IMG/VR virus record: IMGVR_UViG_3300031994_000090
DNA length: 20,000 nt
DNA from: an uncultured virus (IMG/VR IMGVR_UViG_3300031994_000090)
Taxonomy: Duplodnaviria > Heunggongvirae > Uroviricota > Caudoviricetes
Direction: 5' to 3' (one strand)
Below, one piece after another: positions 15,983-20,000 of this stretch. A program made the position numbers and the translations under genes. The notes beneath the pieces are model-generated. The model was not told the DNA's origin. It did no database searches and worked only from the letters and a program-made list of their open reading frames with translations. Position 1 is the stretch's first letter. Each line of letters begins with the position of its first letter.

Positions 15983-16264
15983 CTATTCTTTGCTCGCCTT
16001 CTGCGCCTCTATTCTTTCTATGATGGCTTTTTGGACGTCCTTGCTCATAATAATATCAACAAGCGCGTATGCCGCAAGTTCATGCTCGGAGCAAGTCTCG
16101 ACAAATTTCTTCAAGCCCTTGAATAAGAGCAGAAAGTAACTGGGATTTACTTTATCTTCCCCCCCCCGTTTCTCGGTGAAGTTAGAGATAAGTGAGCCGT
16201 CTTTCTTAACGGCGAAAACAATGTCCTGCGTAGGGACAATAAGCATTTCTTGATTCTGGTCCAT
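15983..16264 (-). CDS. Hypothetical protein (contains G9 tract)
   Basis: 93 aa, AT-rich upstream context. Confidence 0.7.
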   Translation of the reverse strand: MDQNQEMLIVPTQDIVFAVKKDGSLISNFTEKRGGEDKVNPSYFLLLFKGLKKFVETCSEHELAAYALVDIIMSKDVQKAIIERIEAQKASKE

Positions 16265-16294
16265 GTTATTATTATTTGAATGTTGGAAAAGCCG

Positions 16295-16362
16295 TAAAAA
16301 GGGTGCGGCGGCAGGAAACGATTATGAAAGGTAGCGTGAAAGTAGCCCCGCTACCGCACCCG
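16295..16362 (-). promoter_or_regulatory. Large-loop stem + U-tract element, copy C
   Basis: GGGTGCGG 16301-16308 / CCGCACCC 16354-16361, 45-nt loop, U5 on minus strand; 15/15 identical to copy A at the U-tract end. Confidence 0.65.
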
Positions 16363-16382
16363 GGCAGAAAAGAAAAAAGGGG

Positions 16383-17204
16383 TTACTTGCGGTCGTCCGG
16401 ATAGAAGGAGTTGGAAAGTTCCTTTGGGACAATGTCCGTGCAGTTGACCTTCTTCGCTTCGTTGAGGGTGAGGATGAATCCGGCCTTCAACTTGTCGGTC
16501 TCCTTCTTGATGCGGTCCTTGTCATTGGAGTTCACCTTGAGGTCGTCAACGAACTTCTTGCGGCGCTCGTGGATGATTTTCTCAATCACGCCCAGAGCCT
16601 CATCGACGTTCTCGGCCTGGAGGACGATGGTTCCGTTCTGAACATCATTATCGTCGCGCCAACGGGCAGAGACGGAGATATTGTAGAACTTCAGTTCGGG
16701 AGCCTTCTCGCCTTCCTTGAGTTCCCGGGGCTCCGGAGCAACGAACACTGCGTCGTCGAAGTTGCCCACACTCTTGAAGGTGAACACGCCATCGTATGTG
16801 CGCTCCATGTACTCGGCGGTGATGGCCAGAGCGTCGGCCACAGTCTTGGCGTAGAGGATAACCGTGTGCTTCTTAGGCTTGAGGTTGCTCTCCACCTGAA
16901 TCTTCCAAGGCTTCTGCCATGCCGGAGGCGTGGCGAGTGTAGCCCGGCGCTGGATGGCGGAGCAATACACGCCGGTGATGTCACCGGTCTGGAGGTGGAA
17001 CTGGACCGTCTGGATGGAATCGGAATCCAGAAGGGTGCCCCTCTTGAGGATGATTTCTTTCTTCTCAACCTCCTGGTTGAACTTGTGACCATCCTTGGGG
17101 TCTGTCTTTTCCTCGACCTCTTTCCATTTGCGGTAGAGGTCTTCCGCCACATACTTCCCGTGCATCTGCTGCGGGTCGGCGGTAAAGATGATGTCTTCTT
17201 TCAT
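16383..17204 (-). CDS. Phage protein: RNA polymerase beta-insertion-like N-domain plus two DUF4494-like repeats
   Basis: KYVAEDLYRKWKE...EKKEIILKRGTLLD resembles Bacteroidota RpoB insert (recalled, not searched); C-terminal duplicated W/FYxxxV...L.A..V..A repeats. Confidence 0.55.
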   Translation of the reverse strand: MKEDIIFTADPQQMHGKYVAEDLYRKWKEVEEKTDPKDGHKFNQEVEKKEIILKRGTLLDSDSIQTVQFHLQTGDITGVYCSAIQRRATLATPPAWQKPWKIQVESNLKPKKHTVILYAKTVADALAITAEYMERTYDGVFTFKSVGNFDDAVFVAPEPRELKEGEKAPELKFYNISVSARWRDDNDVQNGTIVLQAENVDEALGVIEKIIHERRKKFVDDLKVNSNDKDRIKKETDKLKAGFILTLNEAKKVNCTDIVPKELSNSFYPDDRK

Positions 17205-17386
17205 TGTGATAGTGCGGTTGATATTTTGTTAAGAATGTCTTCGGGTTTCTCCTCAACAATGAGAGGAGTATTGTCGTGCGCTATGCAGACCGTAGAGCCG
17301 TTATCGCCATAGTTGGCAATGCTCGCGATGTATTCGGGATTGATGTAGATATTTCCGAACCGTTGTTTCAACTCAATCAGTACCAT
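17201..17386 (-). CDS. FlbD-like small protein (start MVLIEL)
   Basis: LIEL......YINPEYIASI......V.....L.VEE.PEDIL.KI pattern; ATGA overlap. Confidence 0.6.
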   Translation of the reverse strand: MVLIELKQRFGNIYINPEYIASIANYGDNGSTVCIAHDNTPLIVEEKPEDILNKISTALSQ

Positions 17387-17891
17387 ATTTCTTCTTATTG
17401 TCTTTATTGAGGCGCTTGATTGCATCTTCACAGAGGTGGTGGACCCACCAGGTCCACTCATCGTGGTCGTTATTAGGAAGGTCCTTCTCATTGTAATACT
17501 TGGTGATGATGAACTGCGCCTCGATGTGATGCTCCAGAACGTACTGGCGGTAACGGACCGCAATATCGCCATCCTCCTCGGTTGGCTTGGTGTTACGGAG
17601 GCATGTGTCAATGAGGAAGTTGTCTGTATAGACCTCCACGGTGGTGTTATCCGGGCAATGCCGAACCCCCTCATAGACCGCACGCATCTTCATACGGGTA
17701 TCGTCCGTAGCCTTACCGGCCTGGGCGAACTTCGCACGCAGAACGGAGGGTGCGAACATGCGGCCCTTTGCACCGGCTATCTCCACCTCTCCGCAGTCCT
17801 TGCTTTCAAGGACGATGTAGGCATAGGCGCCGGTATCCTCGTGTACTATGCCGTTGGTATAGACACGGATTTTGTTAGAAGTCGAGTTCAT
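17373..17891 (-). CDS. RNase HI-fold protein with substituted catalytic residues
   Basis: IRVYTNG, GAYAYIV, TDDTRMKMRAVYEG, VEVYTD correspond to RNase HI YTDG, GGxGxV, TNNRMELxA, VxIxTD. Confidence 0.75.
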   Translation of the reverse strand: MNSTSNKIRVYTNGIVHEDTGAYAYIVLESKDCGEVEIAGAKGRMFAPSVLRAKFAQAGKATDDTRMKMRAVYEGVRHCPDNTTVEVYTDNFLIDTCLRNTKPTEEDGDIAVRYRQYVLEHHIEAQFIITKYYNEKDLPNNDHDEWTWWVHHLCEDAIKRLNKDNKKKYGTD

Positions 17892-19989
17892 TGTCTTGCT
17901 CTTTATTGTACCATGGTTGCGTTGGTGATTCATGATGCCCCTCCGGAGCCGTGGCGGGCATCGGGATTTCCATCTGCACCGGCGTTGAATCCCATCCGTA
18001 CTGAAACATTTCAGTAGGCGTGTTCTTCATGCGCTTGGTTTCCGGCTCGTAGTACACGCCAACGAGGTCTCCGATATGGATACCCGGGATTCTGTTCTTC
18101 GCAATCTCGATTACGTTGGTGAACTCACCGGCCTTGATGGCTTCGAGTTTCGGCTTCGGGAAGAAGGCTTTTGCCTGGTTCTCGAAGTCTTGGTTGATGC
18201 GGTGGACGAGGAAGATATTGTCGGCAAGGTTTCCGATTTCAGAAGCACCGGCAATATCCTCAAAGCGAAGGAAGGCGCCCTGCTTGCGCGGGTGTGCCAC
18301 AAGCCAGCAGTGGAAGTTGTGCTCGCGGACCATATCGTGAAGGTCCTTGATGAAACTTATCTGTGCCCTCAGCTTCTCGCGGTCATAATCCACGTCAAGG
18401 TCAATAACCATGAGGTTGTCGAGAATGACATTTCTGACGCCCTTTTGGACTATATCGAGAATGTCCTTCTTAAGCTGCTCCCAGTTATTGCCGTACTCAG
18501 CATTGTGAACGTAGAGTTTTCCCTTGAGCCACTGGAGTATCTTTTCCTCGACATCCTTTGGAACGTAGTAGGAATCGGAGCGCTTGAAGGAGGCCCGGAC
18601 ATTTGCCTTTCCCGCCGCCGGAAGTGTAATCCACGATTTGAGCATCCAGTCCGGAAGTTCACCGGAGAAGATGGCCGTTGGATACCCTTGCTGTACCGAA
18701 CTCAACATAATGGAGTTGAGTACCGTTGACTTACCGGACGAGGGGCGACCCGTCATGACCGAGAGTTGCTGGAGTATCGTACCCCCGAATATCTTGTTGT
18801 CGAGGTCCTTGATGCCCGTGGCGATACTCTCGATGGAGTCCGGGTCTATGGTCTTGATTTCATCCAGTCCGAGCCAGATAGGGCCCTTCTCCTGCGTTTC
18901 CTCCTGAGGGACGAACGGGCGCTTCTCCGCACCTTGCATACGGCGCTTATAGGCGAAGTCTGCAACATCCTCCCTGGTGGAGTAGGCTTCGGGGTCGTAG
19001 AGGAGCCGGACATCCCGCCACCGGTACTGGGAGCAAGAGGCGTGAAGACACTTGTAGGCGATGCTTCCATCGTCATACTGGAATATCATCGCATCCTTGG
19101 CCTTGTGGGCCTCGTTGAAGAGACAGTGCTCAAGGATGAAGCGCGTTCCGCCCGCCGCCCTCACTTCCTGCTTGACGGGAATGTGGTACTGACTGATGAA
19201 GTCGCGAAGGTTGAACTTCTCGCGCCCCCAGTCGTTGCGCTGTGTGGGCTTGGGTTTCTCCGGAAGGTTCGATACCACCTTCTCAAAGAAGGCCCGGTCT
19301 GTCGGAACAATCTCATCCGGAACCTTCAGGAATCGGCACCAACGCTGCGGGCGCTCCTCATCATCCTCGCGCCCCTTCCCTGATTTCGTGCCGGGGAGTT
19401 TCGCCATGCGAGCCGCATTGAAGATAGTCTGGTCGATATGGACCCGCTCATCGTCGAACATCATCCCGAGGACCTTGATGAAGTCCGTCACGAGATTCTT
19501 GTTGGCATCGTTGTTGGCGAGTTCGCAGCGGAGGTAGATATGAGCCCCATTGGCGGATGCTACGACAACCGGCTCGTTGAAGCCTTCGTCCAGAAGGTAT
19601 CGGACCACCTTTCTTGCGACCGCTATCGCGTACTTCTCATCATCGCCGGTGGCATTGGTATCCGCCGGGCGGATGGGGTCTATGTCGATGAATACCCAGT
19701 CGCGGGCAATGATGTCGCCATCGCTTGTGGTGGTCGCCCCGAGGATAAACCTCTCGTACTGCTGTCTTGACTTGCACCCCTCGTTGATGGCATTGAATAT
19801 CTGAAAGACGTTGCCATTAAGGAGGTCTGGATTCTCGTTAAGCGCCATAATGGCCTTCTCCGGGGAGTGGAAGTACCCGGACCACATCTTTCCTCTTTTA
19901 TCCTTAACCCTTATCTCGGCAAGTTTGCCGGTCGGGCGGAAGATGGAAAACCATTTGTATATGTCGCTTTCGTTGATTCGCAAGCCCAT
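17875..19989 (-). CDS. Primase-helicase fusion (AEP/PrimPol primase, Cys/His domain, DnaB-like SF4 helicase)
   Basis: FIDID, SANGAHIY, RMAKLPGT (AEP motifs); C..H...C.H.SC; Walker A GRPSSGKST, ILDNL, AHPRK, IAGASEIGNLAD. Confidence 0.92.
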   Translation of the reverse strand: MGLRINESDIYKWFSIFRPTGKLAEIRVKDKRGKMWSGYFHSPEKAIMALNENPDLLNGNVFQIFNAINEGCKSRQQYERFILGATTTSDGDIIARDWVFIDIDPIRPADTNATGDDEKYAIAVARKVVRYLLDEGFNEPVVVASANGAHIYLRCELANNDANKNLVTDFIKVLGMMFDDERVHIDQTIFNAARMAKLPGTKSGKGREDDEERPQRWCRFLKVPDEIVPTDRAFFEKVVSNLPEKPKPTQRNDWGREKFNLRDFISQYHIPVKQEVRAAGGTRFILEHCLFNEAHKAKDAMIFQYDDGSIAYKCLHASCSQYRWRDVRLLYDPEAYSTREDVADFAYKRRMQGAEKRPFVPQEETQEKGPIWLGLDEIKTIDPDSIESIATGIKDLDNKIFGGTILQQLSVMTGRPSSGKSTVLNSIMLSSVQQGYPTAIFSGELPDWMLKSWITLPAAGKANVRASFKRSDSYYVPKDVEEKILQWLKGKLYVHNAEYGNNWEQLKKDILDIVQKGVRNVILDNLMVIDLDVDYDREKLRAQISFIKDLHDMVREHNFHCWLVAHPRKQGAFLRFEDIAGASEIGNLADNIFLVHRINQDFENQAKAFFPKPKLEAIKAGEFTNVIEIAKNRIPGIHIGDLVGVYYEPETKRMKNTPTEMFQYGWDSTPVQMEIPMPATAPEGHHESPTQPWYNKEQDNELDF

Positions 19990-20000
19990 TCTCTTGACTA

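Larger units (their letters stand above)
1..20000. mobile_element. Tailed phage/prophage genome segment (late-gene end with DGR and lysis module, converging with early/replication operon)
   Basis: Holin-amidase cassette, primase-helicase, DUF1064, XRE, dense small overlapping ORFs (many ATGA overlaps), no housekeeping genes; two convergent blocks meeting at a terminator at ~5140-5175. Confidence 0.93.

Noticed and set aside
2418..20000. Second VR or additional DGR target
   Set aside because: No further copy of the TR constant segments (e.g. CTTTGGTCTTGCCTTCGT, GTTGTTGTGCCCGTGGCG) seen by eye; targets outside the window remain possible

Overview
Segment of a tailed-phage or prophage genome, probably infecting Bacteroidales (inferred from gene content and AT-rich, Shine-Dalgarno-less start contexts). 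It has two convergent gene blocks. The + strand (1-5132) is the end of the late region. It carries a full diversity-generating retroelement (DGR) cassette: a 5'-truncated target gene with VR 325-446, a GC hairpin, avd, TR 1088-1209 and a reverse transcriptase. A lysis module follows (holin, Amidase_3 endolysin, spanin-like protein). VR and TR align over 122 nt without gaps, and all 17 mismatches lie at TR adenines, yet the RT has non-canonical motifs (GAAPGKIIMQ, YGDD). The - strand (19989-5179) is a long early/middle operon: AEP primase-SF4 helicase fusion, an apparently catalytically dead RNase HI homologue, a protein resembling an RNA polymerase beta insertion fused to DUF4494-like repeats, DUF1064 nuclease, PAPS-reductase-family enzyme, DPPH-type methyltransferase, XRE regulator, GIY-YIG nuclease, GNAT, MazG, ASCH and many small hypotheticals. 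Two unexplained signals stand out: three related large-loop stem/U-tract intergenic elements, and 9-nt homopolymer tracts near the 5' ends of the two putative modification genes. All family assignments come from motif recognition by eye, not database searches.
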